The notes under the pieces: generated by a model
Databases searched by the model: none
Seen by the model: the letters and a program-made list of their open reading frames with translations, nothing else
What the model was told of the DNA's origin: nothing
Assembly (NCBI GenBank): GCA_964016885.1
Contig: OZ024745.1
Coordinates: 130,076,001 to 130,140,000 of the forward strand
DNA: 64,000 nucleotides
Reading direction: 5' to 3'
Source of the DNA: Eledone cirrhosa
Lineage: Eukaryota
Translations under genes and position numbers: made by a program
Part shown: one piece after another, positions 29,561 to 43,807 of the stretch
Numbering within the stretch: position 1 is the first letter of the stretch
Layout of the letters: each line of letters opens with the position of its first letter

Positions 29561-30530
29561 TAATAATAATAATAATTTGATAATTCAGAGAATCCGTAGT
29601 TGTTTGTGAGAAACTTTAAAGCAATCGCACGTCATACAGAGAATATGGAATTTAGACGCCTAAAAGTGTCAAATGTTTCCAGGTGAAGTGATGGAACTTA
29701 TTTCATCATGCTTTCTTATTAGATTCCTTTGTTGAGTTATAGATTAAGATATTGAGGCAAAATTACATTCAGTTAATTATTTTGTGCTAGCACCTCGGAA
29801 AAATATGATCTACGTGAATGTAAGCTACCAGTGCCCCAAATCTCTCACCATCTTGTTATTTTGAGATATTTTCAAATATTTAACGAGTTGTAATGCCACC
29901 ACAATAGACACTAACACACAATAATATCCATAGAGGAGTTAACATAGTATCCAATGACGTCAAACTTTATTTATAAACGCATGCATGAATATACATTCTT
30001 ATGTATTCTTAGCGATACACATATCTCCTCACTACCTACATGAATACACAGATGTACACATAAAGATACACATATACATATAAGATATGGAAAACTCTCC
30101 ACAGAAGTGTTTATCCCTCTGTTTGTGTGTAGTACTGACCAAAGTCCTTTGCATGGCCTCACATTCAATATATAAATTTCAGAGGCTTCCGTCCGTATGT
30201 CAGACAATGTATGTGTGTGTCTATGTTTGAGTGAATGTATGTATGTAAAAGGAAGGAAGTGGATGGTGAAAAACTATAGGAAAACCGCGGATGTGTGTGA
30301 ATGTATGTGTATGTGTGTATTTGTGTAAATGTATGTATGTGTGTCTGAGTGTATGGGTGTAATTGTGTGAATGTATGTTTGTGAGGGCGTATTTTTGTAA
30401 GTGTCTATGTTTGCGCGTTTATATTTATATACTGATTCATATAAATGTATGAATTTACAAATACACACACGCACACACATACACATAGGCACATGCGTGT
30501 TAGTGTGTAAAATAAAAATCTTAGTTTATT

Positions 30531-30590
30531 AAAACGACGCGTTTCTCGAGGTCCGTGCGAGAGTTCATGCAAGCAACTCATCTGATTATC
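30531..30590 (-). ncRNA. Degenerate hammerhead 3' of a PLE endonuclease remnant
   Basis: Minus strand CAGATGA...GAAA-CGCG-TC followed by AATAAA. GAAACGCGTC is typical of PLE minimal hammerheads. Confidence 0.6.
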
Positions 30591-30599
30591 CAACGTCGA

Positions 30600-30900
30600 G
30601 TTGACTCTTGATGATTATCACATACCGCGAAAGGCACAGCCGACACTGTCTGTCTCTAAGAGTGCATGGTGATGCCCTCTTGAGTACATACAATTCCATT
30701 CTGAAATTGTTGTTTTGGGCATTCAGACCCCATGCCCGCTATGGCAGACTGGTTAATGATATTTTATGTCGACTTGAAGGAGCTGATTTTGTTGTACAAC
30801 CGGGATTTAAAATCCTTGCCTATTACTCCGATGTAGATGTTGTTGTCCTCAGCATGCACCATGCAAGGTGCAGCTGTGAAGAAATATGGAAATATATATC
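30600..30900 (-). pseudogene. Decayed Penelope-like GIY-YIG endonuclease C-terminus (not in the ORF track)
   Basis: Manual translation gives NIYIGVIGKDFKSRLYNKISSFK (YIG at 30827-30835) and later QCRLCL (CRLC at 30634-30645), with stops and frameshifts. Confidence 0.65.
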
Positions 30901-31045
30901 AGTGGCGAAGGGTAACCTGGAAAGCATGGCATGCAGTCCAATCGCCATGGTGGAAAGTGGGGCTGTGCAGCCTTAACTAATTACCTCTATATGACCCTCC
31001 CGCTCGAAGCTGCATGTAGTGTTATCTAGTGTGTGTGCGTATGTG

Positions 31046-31375
31046 TGTGTTATCTTTTTATGTGTCTATGATTTAGTAAGCAGTCAAAATTCTACTTGCC
31101 CCAAAGCAGTCGTGTGTTTGTGTGTATGTGTGTGTGTGTGCTATCTTTTTATGTGTCTACGATTTAGTAAGCAGTCAAAATTCTGCTTGCCCCAAAGCTG
31201 TCGTGTGTTTGTGTGTATGTGTGTATGTGTGTGTGTGTGTGTGCTATCTTTTTATGTGTCTACAATTTAGTAAGCAGTCAACATTCTGTTTGCCCCAAAG
31301 CTGTTGTGTGTTCGTGTGTGTTATCTTTTTTTGTGTCTATACGTTTGAGTAAGCAGCCAAAATCCTGCTTGCTTC
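31046..31375. repeat. Four-copy minisatellite (~70-bp core plus variable GT spacer)
   Basis: TATCTTTTTATGTGTCTA.GATTTAGTAAGCAGTCAA repeated four times. Confidence 0.9.
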
Positions 31376-31431
31376 AACCGACGCAATTGATCAACTCAAG
31401 GATCTACAACGCATGCACGGATCCTTCGCCC

Positions 31432-31500
<69 letters not shown>

Positions 31501-31648
31501 ATATATATAACGATGATAGTGAGTAAATTGATGTTGCAGTTACGACTGGCATCTTTCGAGAGAACAATTCACAGAGTAATAAACATACGTTAAAGGTGTG
31601 ACACATTGAAGCAAACAATTATAGCTGACAATTATACATACACACACA

Positions 31649-31750
<102 letters not shown>

Positions 31751-33370
31751 CCCGAATGTGATTCTTCCTCCTCTCTTGAAAAAGAACTCATGACCCCGCT
31801 GCCATAGTTGATACTACAGCGATTGACAGCAGCGTCTTCACAGCGAACTGTTGGTATACAGTACGAAATGCCTGTTGACATAGGGACTCCCCGATTGATC
31901 TTAGGATATATTGTTCTCTCTCTTTCTGTATCTCTCTCTCTCTTTCACTCTCTCTCTCACTCTCTCTCTCTCTCTCTTTCTCTCTATCTCTCTCTCTCTC
32001 TCTCACTCTCTCTCGCTCTCTCTCTCTGTCTGTGTGTAGGTGTGTGTGTGTATAATTGTCAGCTTCTCGACGATAATTTGTTTTGAATCAAGGGAGATTA
32101 TTACGAATAATTTTACAAATATCTACACATCTTTCTTAAGAGAATTCAATAGTAACATATATTCAGGTAATTCTGTGCTTGTTTGAATTTATCTTTTTTG
32201 TTTTGAATTTTATGTTCTGAATCCATACAACAATTATTGTTCCTACAGACTACTACCACTTCAATATGACCGGAATTAAATTCATGCTTGATGCTGCTGA
32301 AATCATTCCATTCTTTTCAGTTATAGCCGAAGATTTAATCTTTGCTCTTTACATTGACCATATTCACAAATTCTTCACTCGCTACTTCATGAATTAATTC
32401 TCTTCTTACCTCTACATTTAATACCAGCCATATTGAGTCTCGATACAAATCCACAACATAATATCTCTACTGCCGTCCTGGAAACTCGACCAAGTCTTAC
32501 GTCTTTCTTTTTACCTATATAATCCTATAGACGTTTTCTTTCATGCGCTCATTGCATAAAATACTACTTAGCTATAGATTAAATTCTAATGAGCGGTAAA
32601 CTTACAAGCACCTGTGTTTAGTAACCATATATTATTTTGCCTTGATCTAAAAGATGGCATAATAGGAAGACCACACGTTTTACATTTATTTTTTATGTGA
32701 CTCTTTCGTCATTTATTAGCCTCTTATAAGGAATAAAATAGCGATTTTCCATCCCAATTGTGATACGTATCTTATGACCATTCATAGTATACATAAAATT
32801 AGCTTTGTGTAAATTGGGTGTTCTTATCTTTCTAACAAATCAACTGCTGCTAACGGGAATTACGACAATTGTTCCATTAAATAGACGCAACAAATAATAC
32901 ATGTATATATATGAATATGGAATATATGTAAAGGAGTGTATGCATTTTGTGTTTATTTCAACATCGCGTTGTGATATTATCTATTTATCTATCTATCTAT
33001 CTATTTATTTCTCTCCCTCTCTTTTTATCTCACTCTCCCCTCTCGCTATCTCTCTCTCTATATATATATATAAAAGTTATTCAGGGTTGAATCGGAGGTA
33101 ACCACAGTCATTCGTGAGAAATCATCAGGAAGCTAGCTGTCCAAGTAAGTAGTGGTATTTATATCTTTTCTTTTCTGGTGGTAGGAAGGGTGGGGATTGG
33201 GATGGGTGGAGGTCATTGGTTGAAAGATTTAACGAAAATGGAGTTCATTAAAAGCTAATCCTTTAAAGCTACAGTATTAACAAATATATATATACGTATA
33301 TGTATATATATATATATACGTATATATATGTATATATATATATACGTATATATATGTATATATATATACG

Positions 33371-33434
<64 letters not shown>

Positions 33435-33460
33435 CATATACGTATATATATATACATATA

Positions 33461-33542
<82 letters not shown>

Positions 33543-33581
33543 CATATACATATATATTTATGTATATATATATATACATAT

Positions 33582-33631
<50 letters not shown>

Positions 33632-33902
33632 AAACCTATCTATCTCTCTATATATTTATGTTCGACCTAGTTATCTATTCGGGTGACCTGCTGTCTGTAA
33701 CAGATCTTTGTTTGGATTTGAAATTTGCAGCACTTAATCCACTTTCATGTTTCAAGGAGGAAGACATTTGCGGTTAGCTTTAGGCGAGACAGTAACCACC
33801 AGTTGATCAAAACAGACATTTTGGGAATTTAACTAAAGCAATTGATGCGTGCATCTGTGAACTGTCATGTATGAATCCTTCTTAAGTCACCATTGTATAA
33901 AA

Positions 33903-34053
33903 CAGGCATGTTTTTCGAGCAGTGGGCCGTATATGATGTGGTTCTCAAAGGGCGGGCCTAACTACGAAAAAATACGAAAAATACATTAGTTGTGTCATTT
34001 AAAATGCCAAACGGGCCGCATGCGGTTTGTGGATCGCATTTTTCTCATAAGTG
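33903..34053. mobile_element. Possible old hAT-like MITE
   Basis: CAGG start, GGGCCG(C) subterminal motifs, imperfect TATAAA-containing flanks. Confidence 0.35.
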
Positions 34054-34424
34054 TTATAAACTGACCCGAAACCGAATCAATAGTTGGCCCAGGGTCGTAA
34101 TTTCTTATTTTTATTGACGCCTACATATACACATATTTTCCTCTCGATTTTGATCCGATAATAAAATCTTGTTGAGTTTCTTACTACCCACGCACATGGC
34201 ATGAATAATGTTATCTCCTGGTTATCATTGTTTTCTGTTATATATATTTATAGAATTCTGTGAAATCATATTTATTGTTGACACATGAAATAAAATACCT
34301 GTAACTCAGACGATATATTACATTTTTTTAAGTGATTTTCCTGCCTTCCGCATCGCCCACAAATCCATCTTCCCTTCATAATTATTACAAGTGTATGCGC
34401 AGATATATTATATATATATATACG

Positions 34425-34611
34425 GGTGGTGGATTGGCAGTATCGGTAGATGACCAGACGTCATGCTTTGCAGCATAGTTACGTCCCTTTACGAACTGAG
34501 TTCAAATCCCGCCGAGGTTAACTTTACCTTTCATCCTTACAGGGTCGATAAAATAAAGTACCAGTAATGTACTGGGTAATTGCTGGCCTTGTGCCAAAAA
34601 GTAGAAACAAT

Positions 34612-34612
<1 letters not shown>
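34425..34612 (+). mobile_element. SINE family 1
   Basis: Consensus match. Confidence 0.88.
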
Positions 34613-34658
<46 letters not shown>

Positions 34659-34678
34659 CTGTGTGTGTATATATATAC

Positions 34679-34710
<32 letters not shown>

Positions 34711-34777
34711 CTGTGTGTGTGTATATATATATATATATATACACATATACATATATATATATGTGTGTATAAGTATG

Positions 34778-34808
<31 letters not shown>

Positions 34809-35579
34809 CTACACACACGCACAGGCACACCCATACACACACACACACATATATATATATAGTGAGAAAGATGGAGAGAGAGAGAGAGAGAGGGTGAGAG
34901 AGAGAAAGAGAGAGAGAGTATAATCCAAAGTATATCTGAAACGTGATGCAACAACCATGTGTAGAAAAACTAAATTTGGCAATGAATCTGTTTCAACTTA
35001 TGTAAAGTTCATCCGGTTGTCTTTGAAATAACCCCTCCTATGAACAACACTATACATTATGTCAGATATTAAAGTTTTTTCTTGTTTTTCAAAGACATGA
35101 GGGTTGGAGTTGATGATACGGTGTCTGGAAATAAAGATGTATGAGATTGATGTAACTGCTACTTATATAATGTTGATGTAATTACAGTTAGCTGCCTTTA
35201 AAGAAACACTTGTTGGTTTGCAGTAGAATGGAGTATAAGCTAATGGTTTAGGGTTAGGAAAGGGGAGATAAGTGTGAAAGAAAAAGAAGTAGTGACGACT
35301 ATGTATAAGGATAGATGGCAAGATGGATAGAAAGATGAAGGAATATCTCTGACTGAAATGTTATATCAGTAACGAATAGCAAGACATTTAAAAAAAATCT
35401 GAAATGGCTCCTATAATTATCTTAAGAGAGAGAGGGGAGAAGGGAGGGAGGGAGAGAGGGGGGGGGCATGCAGAGACGATTTCTTTGTGTGTTAACAACA
35501 TAAAAAAGGAGAAATATAGGTTAACAATTAAATAATAGAAAATATAAATTTGGAAAAGAAAGAAAATGAAAATAATTTA

Positions 35580-35605
35580 GATGAGAGAGAGAGAGAGAGA
35601 GAGAT

Positions 35606-35640
<35 letters not shown>

Positions 35641-36330
35641 TAGAGAGAGAGAGAGAAGAGAGAGAGTGGGGAGAGACAGAGACGGACAGAAGAGAGAGGA
35701 GTGAGGAAGATAGTGGGAGGGGAGGGAGATATGGGGATGAGGGTGAGAGAGAGAGAAGGGGACAGATACAAACAAAATGAGACAGATAGAGAGATAGAAG
35801 AGAAAGAGGAAGATGTAAGGAGGGTGAGGGAGAGAGAGAGAGGAAGATATAGAGGGTGAGGGAGATGGAGAGAGAGAGAGCTAGAGTGAGGTAGATAGAT
35901 AGACAGAGAGAGAGAGAGGAAGATGTAAGGAGAGTGAGGGAGAGACTCTTAGAGAGAGAGAGAGAGGGGGAGATAAAGATTTAAGGAGGGTGAGAGAGAG
36001 AGAGGGCTAGAGAGAGATAGAGAGATAGATAGCCAGGTAGAGTGGGGGAGGGAGATAATCCAGAGACCATTTCTAATGTTATCAATAGAAGGAAAAGATA
36101 AAAAACAATAAATGAAATTGAAAGAAATTATATAAAATGTAGAAATGTAGGACATCAATTAAATATTAGAATAGAAATTGGGAAAATATAGACAGGAGAA
36201 TATATATATATATGTATATAGAGAGAGAGATAGTGAGAGAGAAAGAGAGAGACAGACAGACAGATGGATAGAGAGGGATGGGAGAGGATGAGGAGAGGAA
36301 GATATAAGGAGGAGGAGAGAGAGAGAGAAA
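35580..36330. repeat. Degenerate (GA)n polypurine tract
   Basis: GA/GGA-rich low-complexity sequence. Confidence 0.9.
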
Positions 36331-38009
36331 TGATTAGTAAAAAAAGATATGAAATATGTAGGATTATTATTGCAGAATGATGAGTTCAAATCCCGCCGAG
36401 GTTAACTTTGCCTTTCATCCTTGCGGGGTCGATAAAATAAAGTACTAGTCACGCACTGGGGTCGATTTAATCGACACTCCCCCACCCCAAATTGCTGGCC
36501 TTGTGCCTATATAAGAAACCATTATTATAGTAGAATGAAAGTGAAGAAAATAATTATTGATAATTTGGGAGAAATGTAGCGAAGTCTTGGAAATACTTTT
36601 AACGTGTTACATATTATGGCAAAGGGATAGAAAATGATACAAGTGTTTAAAATAACAGGATAAGAAGTAGTAATGTATATTGAACATATATATGATAGAC
36701 AAATGTTAGAAAGATGAGGGTGGAGTATACTCTCGGGTCCTGAATAATAGGGGAGGGGGATATGCAGGGAAGTGGTGGTGATATTTGTTTAAATTCTTAT
36801 AAGCGTCAGGGGGGATAAATGGGGAAGGGGTAATTGTATAGTGTATGTACATCTTTTGTTATGTATAATGTCTTTTTAATGTAAAATAAAATTAGTATTA
36901 GATTCTCCAGCTGCTGCAACACTCTGAATCAAAATAAAATTCCGCATATATCCTGGTTATCATTGTATATATGCAAAAAAATATGCAAAACTAAAATATG
37001 CGGGAGGGTTGGATTAAAAGCGGAGATATGAGAGTACCTGAGGGACATGAGAAACGAGAATACAGGAATTGTAACTGGTGAAGAAAGAGATTAACAAGGA
37101 TAGAAAACGGCATACTATGAGAAACCTGAACAGATCCAATCATGAGACTCCAACGATGCAGATGTTGTTTCTATAGAATTACATCTGAGTGACATTTTTT
37201 TTTTTCTGCATACCGTTCCTGCATCATACGCAAGGATCATCCGTGTTTAATGTTCACCATAAACAATTAGCACCCACTCATAGCGAATGCTCTTCAACAT
37301 GTTTTTAATTAAACATACAGTATATACTGCCAAATATACTATACACATATTTATATATATATATAGACCCAGTTCCTGATGAGTGGCAAGTTTAGAGGAG
37401 CTTCCTCTAATATAAGGTGCTGGTTATAACTGGACCTCGAAACTAATGATTGCATCTACATAAGTACCTGACACTTTCTTTTAATACTAAATAAGCTCTC
37501 TTGCATAGATTGACCATTGTTTTCCTTCACCCTTTATCTACAGTTATGGCCGTCACTGTATAGTGGAGGAGCTGAGCCGTTTCATAATTGACCACTCCTC
37601 GGGTACAACATTACGAAAAACCTGTTAGCCCACTAAATTTGATTTTGATACATTGAAAAGAGCCTATTCGAGAACAAGGGTGGCATTTCCCGTGTCCCAA
37701 GTTTTTCGGAGTAGAAACGTTCGTATGTGTAATATATGCGTGACTTAATTTAGAAGTGAGTCTGTATGTAAGTGAGATATGCATCTGACAGGATTTACAA
37801 GTGAATATGTGTGTACTTGTGATAATCATGTGACTTGATTTGTAAGCTAATTATCTAAAATATAATTAAACCGTTTAAACCTGTTCGTTACTAGCCAGGG
37901 GAGTCTAAGAGTTCCGTGGCAGTCTCTGGATCATCTGATATATGTGATTAAACAACATGGATAACTTAGCCACTGAAGACGAAACTTGGATTCCCAGCAA
38001 ATCTAAAAT

Positions 38010-38102
<93 letters not shown>

Positions 38103-38213
38103 GAAGTATTTCAGTAGGAAAGGTACAGGAAAAGAGAGTGCTCTATGTAGGCTACAGAGCTAATTAGTTATGTAATAAACAACATGGAAAAATTATCTTA
38201 TGTTGTTTATTAC

Positions 38214-38299
<86 letters not shown>

Positions 38300-38383
38300 A
38301 TACAGACATTACTGTAGCGTGCTCTGCATCAGTTATAAACATTTATATTTGTTGAATTACCAACAAATTGAATATCCCTTCTG

Positions 38384-38428
<45 letters not shown>

Positions 38429-38499
38429 AGGATGTGAGATATGTTGATTTAAAACTTCACTATTCACAAGTGTTTTTTAACTTTCATATCATGTATCCC

Positions 38500-38570
38500 T
38501 ATTTTATCTGATGAAAACGCAGATGTCATCTCATGATGATATTTGTTTTTGAAATGCGCATAATAAAATA
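38500..38570 (+). ncRNA. Type I hammerhead ribozyme, intact core, palindromic stem III
   Basis: TATTTTAT-CTGATGA-long stem II-GAAA-TGCGCA-TA-ATAAAATA. 8-bp stem I, ATGCGCAT palindrome, AUA site. Confidence 0.88.
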
Positions 38571-38734
38571 CTTGGAATTCTTTTAACCATCTTTTGATCT
38601 TATATTATATTAATATATATTAATATATATTAGAGTATGGGGCAAACCGAACAGAGATGTGCGAACTACATTATGGTGTGTCTGTTGTGATTCTCGGCTG
38701 TCTTCTAGTCCAGCAGTCGCAAACGGTGGGAGGG

Positions 38735-38778
38735 ACCGTCCTGACGATGGCCAGACAAGCCTGAAAAGCATAGACGGT
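38735..38778 (+). ncRNA. Type I hammerhead, intact core
   Basis: ACCGTC-CTGACGA-tGGCcagacaaGCCt-GAAA-AGCA-TA-GACGGT. Stem III carries a mismatch. Confidence 0.75.
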
Positions 38779-38973
38779 TGTCCCCCTTGATTCTGCTGGA
38801 CATCACCAGAGGGCGTTAACCTGAAACCGTATTTCTTTGGAAATACGAAATTTCTATACATATTGTATAAAGCTAGAAGCGAATATCTTATTTCTTTTCT
38901 ATTATAAGTTGAGCCAACTTATGCAGCTTCATATGCTACGGCTTCCTAAAACCGTATTTCTTTCGACATACGA

Positions 38974-39036
<63 letters not shown>

Positions 39037-39041
39037 TGTAT

Positions 39042-39121
<80 letters not shown>

Positions 39122-39203
39122 TGTATATACATACATATATATATATATATAAATAATGGATAGGCGGAGAGAGCGAGAGAGAGAGGGAGAGAGAGGGAGA
39201 GAA

Positions 39204-39246
<43 letters not shown>

Positions 39247-40130
39247 TCGGTTTGCAAATCATGCCTGTATCGTGTCAGAGTTCGATAATCTGTGGTTTAG
39301 GTGGTTATTGGTTCAGTTGTTTAAGGATCAGCTTTGCCTTTCTTTGTCATTGTTTGAACGCACATCACAGTGAATAGCATGGAAGTAGATGATTTCCCCC
39401 GACTTTATCTACGTCTCGATATTGTATTTTTGACTGATTTAAACACTTTCAATCGCATATAATTATTATATCTTAAGTTCAAAAATATAATCATATCCTA
39501 AGTTATTAAAGACACGACACTACTCTGTATTTATTGATATTTTTTCTAGCTATAATTCATCAGTGTTGTTTTATAAACTACAGTTTAATATATCTATAAT
39601 TTGAATGTAATTAATATAATTCATGTGTCTGGTATTTTTAATCTACTGTATTTCATCGAACATTGGCATAAGACCACATAGTTGTCATAAAGGTACCGAT
39701 GGTTCGGTGCAGACGGATGCAGTACACTAACACGTTTATATATCGTTTTCTTATACTATAACAGAACCCCTCAGATGAAAGCACTTTCTAGTTGGATGTA
39801 CCGTCTCAATCTATTGGGAAGATCAGTACTGTTTCTTGGTCGTTGAATCTGCAGTAAATGGAACTTAGTGAAGCCTTCTAGCATCAAATCGGTTAACTAA
39901 AATTATTGTAAGGTACGAAGCCTGTGGATTTTCTTGTTTTAAATTACTTTACTGGGATATACTTGTGGTGGATTTTGCATATGATGTTCTCTCCCTGTCT
40001 GTTATCATCTCTGCATCATGTCAATTTTACTTCTGAATATCTTATAAATGGGAAAATGGTAAACTAAATAAATATTCTTAAAAGACTGCAGTTGTATTTT
40101 CATTTTCTTTTCCTTATATAAATATATATA

Positions 40131-40272
40131 TAGGAACAAGTAGGACCCCGACGGCTGAGCTCAAGCCGTTTCGACGGCTAATTCTATTCCTATTACCCAC
40201 TATACTACCCTAAGTATTGAGTACTTTGGTGCGTTATGGTCCATCTGGTTCCTTACCACATTCCCTTCGTTA
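40131..40272. mobile_element. Family A copy with inverted 5' part
   Basis: GACCCCGACGGCTGAGCTCAAGCCGTTTCGACGGC followed by the TACTACCCTAAGTATTGAGTAC tail. Confidence 0.78.
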
Positions 40273-40292
40273 TATATATATATATATATAAG

Positions 40293-40427
40293 GTCACTTA
40301 TATATAAGGTCTCGGCAAAAACCAAAGGGAGCAATCGACGGCCGTTTCTCCCTCTTGACAACCGCTAATGAGCAAGAAACGGCCGTCGATTGCTTCCCTT
40401 TGCTTTTGCCGAGACCAAGTAAGTGAC
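40293..40427. repeat. Fold-back with a degenerate hammerhead
   Basis: CTAATGA-gcaa-GAAA-CGGCCG-TC; the inverted arm stops right at GAAA. Confidence 0.7.
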
Positions 40428-40479
40428 GTAGTCTCTACTTTAAAACTCACAGCGAATTTTCTTCAAAATGTTTTTAAAT

Positions 40480-40666
40480 AATTGTTTCTACTTTAGGCAC
40501 AAGGCCAGCAATTACCCAGTGCATTACTGGTACTTTATTTTATCGACCCCGTAAGGATGAAAGGCAAAGTCAACCTCGGCGGGATTTGAACTCATATCGT
40601 AAAGGGACGTAACTATGCTGGAAAGCATGGCGTCCGACCCTCTACCGATACTGCCAATCCACCACC
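40480..40666 (-). mobile_element. SINE family 1 with a 15-bp TSD
   Basis: ATGTTTTTAAATAAT at 40468-40482 and 40667-40681. Confidence 0.92.
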
Positions 40667-40864
40667 ATGTTTTTAAATAATAGCGCTTGAAGGATCCAAG
40701 AACACCCTATTGCCTGAAGAACGTAACATTATTATGTAAGAAGCTGTCTGGTGAGGTCATGGCACTGGGTACAAGGATCGTGTGGCTACTGTCGTCATTA
40801 TATGTGTCACAGCCTAATCAATAAAGGATTTTGACATCTGAAACTACTTCATATTTTCTTATTC

Positions 40865-40912
<48 letters not shown>

Positions 40913-41315
40913 AATTAATTTGTATTCCAATTCTTCCTTGAATAGTAGAGGCGTATCTTACAGAAGTAACAGATTTACCTGGATTTTCGAAAACAAAAAT
41001 GTTGAGTGTCAAAATTGTTGAAGTATACGATTCTTTGTATATATTAGATTTGAATTTGTTTGTGCGAGTTATCTGATCATTTCTTTTTTTACTGAATAAT
41101 CTAGATTTCGCAGATTGTCACACATAAGCAATTACACCGACAATAGTCGGTGTACACGTCAATTTAGTACTCGAGTGAAAGTGCTGAATGTGTTGAAGCA
41201 ATTGATACTAATTATCCTCTTTCTCACTGACTATCGAAGTAATGTTCATATCGGCAGATAAGCCGACTGACATTTCTCAAGGTATACGTTTTTCATATAT
41301 TTTCAAGCATATATG

Positions 41316-41372
<57 letters not shown>

Positions 41373-41513
41373 ACCATGCGTGAGTGTATTAATGCTTGTA
41401 TGTATGTGTGTATTTATATATATATTTATGTTTATATGTATGTATTTATATATGTATGTTTATATATATGTATGTATGTATGTATGTAGGTATATATGTA
41501 TAGAGAGAGAGAG

Positions 41514-43640
41514 CCATGCAAGATACCTGGTGGAGAAAAAAGGCTGATGAAATCCAGAAGGCCTCAGGTAGTCATGATATAAAGCTCTTATACAATCTGC
41601 TCAGGGAGATATATGGTCTAACCAGTCCACAAATATCACCACTTCCTTCCAGAGACGGCAAGGAATTGCTCAGAGACCCGAAGGAAATCCTGATTAGCTG
41701 GCATGACCACTGTGATGAATTCCTCAACAGACTATCAGAAATCGATGATGAGTTCATCCGGTTGATTCCATCTAGACCCACATTACCTGGCAATGGCTGA
41801 TCCCTCTTCATTTGATGAGGTGACGGAGGCCATTGCCAAATTAAACAGTGGCAAATCACCTGGAATGGATGGACTGAGTGCTGAGATCTTCAAGTTTGCT
41901 GGTGATAACTTCGTAAACCGCCTCACTGACCTCTTTGTGAATGATTGAAATGAAGACGATGTACCGCAGGATTGGAAAGATGCATTGATGATGGTACTTT
42001 ACAACGGAATGGGAGCGAAAGATGACTGTGGCCACTACAGAGGTATTTCACTGCTATCTGTGACTGGGAAGATCTTGTGAAGCATATTGTTGGACAGATT
42101 GATAGAGCACATTTCTGTTGAGGTACTTCCTGAGTACCAATGTGGCTTTAGGAATGGGAGAGGTACTGCTGACATGGTCCCCTCAGCCAAACAACTTCAA
42201 GAGAAATGCATTGAGCAGTGCTTAGATTTAAACCAACGTTTTGTCGACCTAACCAAGGCATTTAACACCGTAAATCGGAAGGCTTTGTGGGTTATTTTGG
42301 AGATATTGGACTGCCCTGAAAAGCTTGTGAAGAAACTCAAGCTCTTTTACGATGATATGCTCGCATGGGGAAATATCGGGGGTAAACTCTTTGAGCCAAT
42401 CTCGGTTTAAAATGCAGTCAAGCATGTTAATATACCTTATAATGCGGAATGGTGTTCTTCATGGCCTTCAAGGATGGTCAACACGGTATCTATCACAGAT
42501 ATTGCAGTTCCGGCAAGCTGTTCAATCTCAGGCGTCGCATTGCCAACACTAAGGTACTGAGTACCTTGATAATTTAATTTCTACATGCAGATTATTGTGA
42601 TCTCTTTGTACACTCTCAGAGTGACAAGCAGCACGTTATGGACTACTTTTCCAATGCGTGCTTTGGGACTGACAATCAGTCTGAAGAAGACTGTCGTCAT
42701 GTACCAACTTGCTCCGGATAAGGTTTTCAATAACCCTTCATATACGGCTAAATGCTGAATGTTGCTGACAGATTTGTATATTTGGGGAGTACCCTGGATG
42801 TGACCTGCTCTCTGGATGCAGAAGTTGGTCTACGTGCTAGTAAAGCAAGGGAGTCATTTGGAAGGTTCGGCGACCGTCTTTGGTGCAGGTGAGGAATCAC
42901 AATGAAGATCAAGGTGAAAGTGATGCCTCTTGTGTACTGTCAGCATTGATGTATGCATGTGAAACATGGGTTGCCTACAAGCGGCATATTAAAAAATTGG
43001 AAACATTTCAGCAGCAGTGTCTCATGAAGATGCTCGGAATCAAGTGGCAGATGCATGTGAGTGATGTTGAGGTCCTTGGAAGAAATGAGTGTCGGAGCAT
43101 TGAAAGTATCATCCACCAGCGACGATTGCGATGGACCGGACACTTCTGCAGAATGGAGGATGATCGAATGGCGAGCATCTCACAAACCAAAGCTCCGAAT
43201 CAAAGATTGTGTAAAGGACTCATTGACAAAAATTGGTTTGATGGTGGCTGACTATGTGATTGAAAGAGAAACCTGGCGTGGAATGGTGAATGATGGGGTC
43301 CATAATTTTTAGAACAGGTGCCTAGAGCACGAGAAGATCAAACGGGATGTGCGTAGGCAATGCCCTGGTATATCTCTCGAAACGATCGGTGTCTCCAATG
43401 AATTGGTATATCCTGAGTGTGGAAATATTTGCTTGAGCAAATCTAGTCTCAGGAGCCACAGTCGCAGCCATGTTCAAAGAAAACCAGTGAACTATAATCT
43501 CCACGGTATGGTGAAGGGTCACAGACAACCTGATGCAAAATCTGAGGCTAGCCAGATCCGTAGTTGTCGTCAATGTGCGAATTCTTTTTAAGTTTCTGGC
43601 CGGCTTCAAAAGCCATATCCGAGCGTCACACATCTGAATC
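41514..43640 (+). mobile_element. Decayed RTE (BovB-like) LINE: RT plus C-terminal zinc-finger-like region
   Basis: PEYQCGFRNGRGTADM, FVDLTKAFNTV, LMYACETW, RRLRWTGH; many stops and frameshifts. Confidence 0.92.
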
Positions 43641-43807
43641 TCACAAGCGATTGCGATACTCTTAGCTGAATCTGTAGCCATCATGTATGTACATATAAAT
43701 GTTTGCATATATGTATGTTTAGGAATGAAAATGAAGAATCAATAGGACGGGGAAATCTTCTGTGAAGACGCTGTAATCCTTATTTATGGTTGTATATATG
43801 TATGTAT

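Noticed and set aside
31046-31375. Repeat-spacer-like array resembling CRISPR
   Set aside because: The spacers are only (GT)n, the context is eukaryotic and there are no cas genes; it is a minisatellite.
36725-37040. Similarity to 58785-59075 (possible old MITE family)
   Set aside because: A shared block is visible but termini and TSDs are too decayed to define.
37370-37453. CTGATGAG...CTCGAAACTAAT hammerhead candidate
   Set aside because: Stem III, NUH and stem I cannot be assigned cleanly; possibly a decayed HHR, so not counted.
41544-41560. CTGATGAAA inside the RTE fragment
   Set aside because: Part of coding sequence (ADE); no helices.
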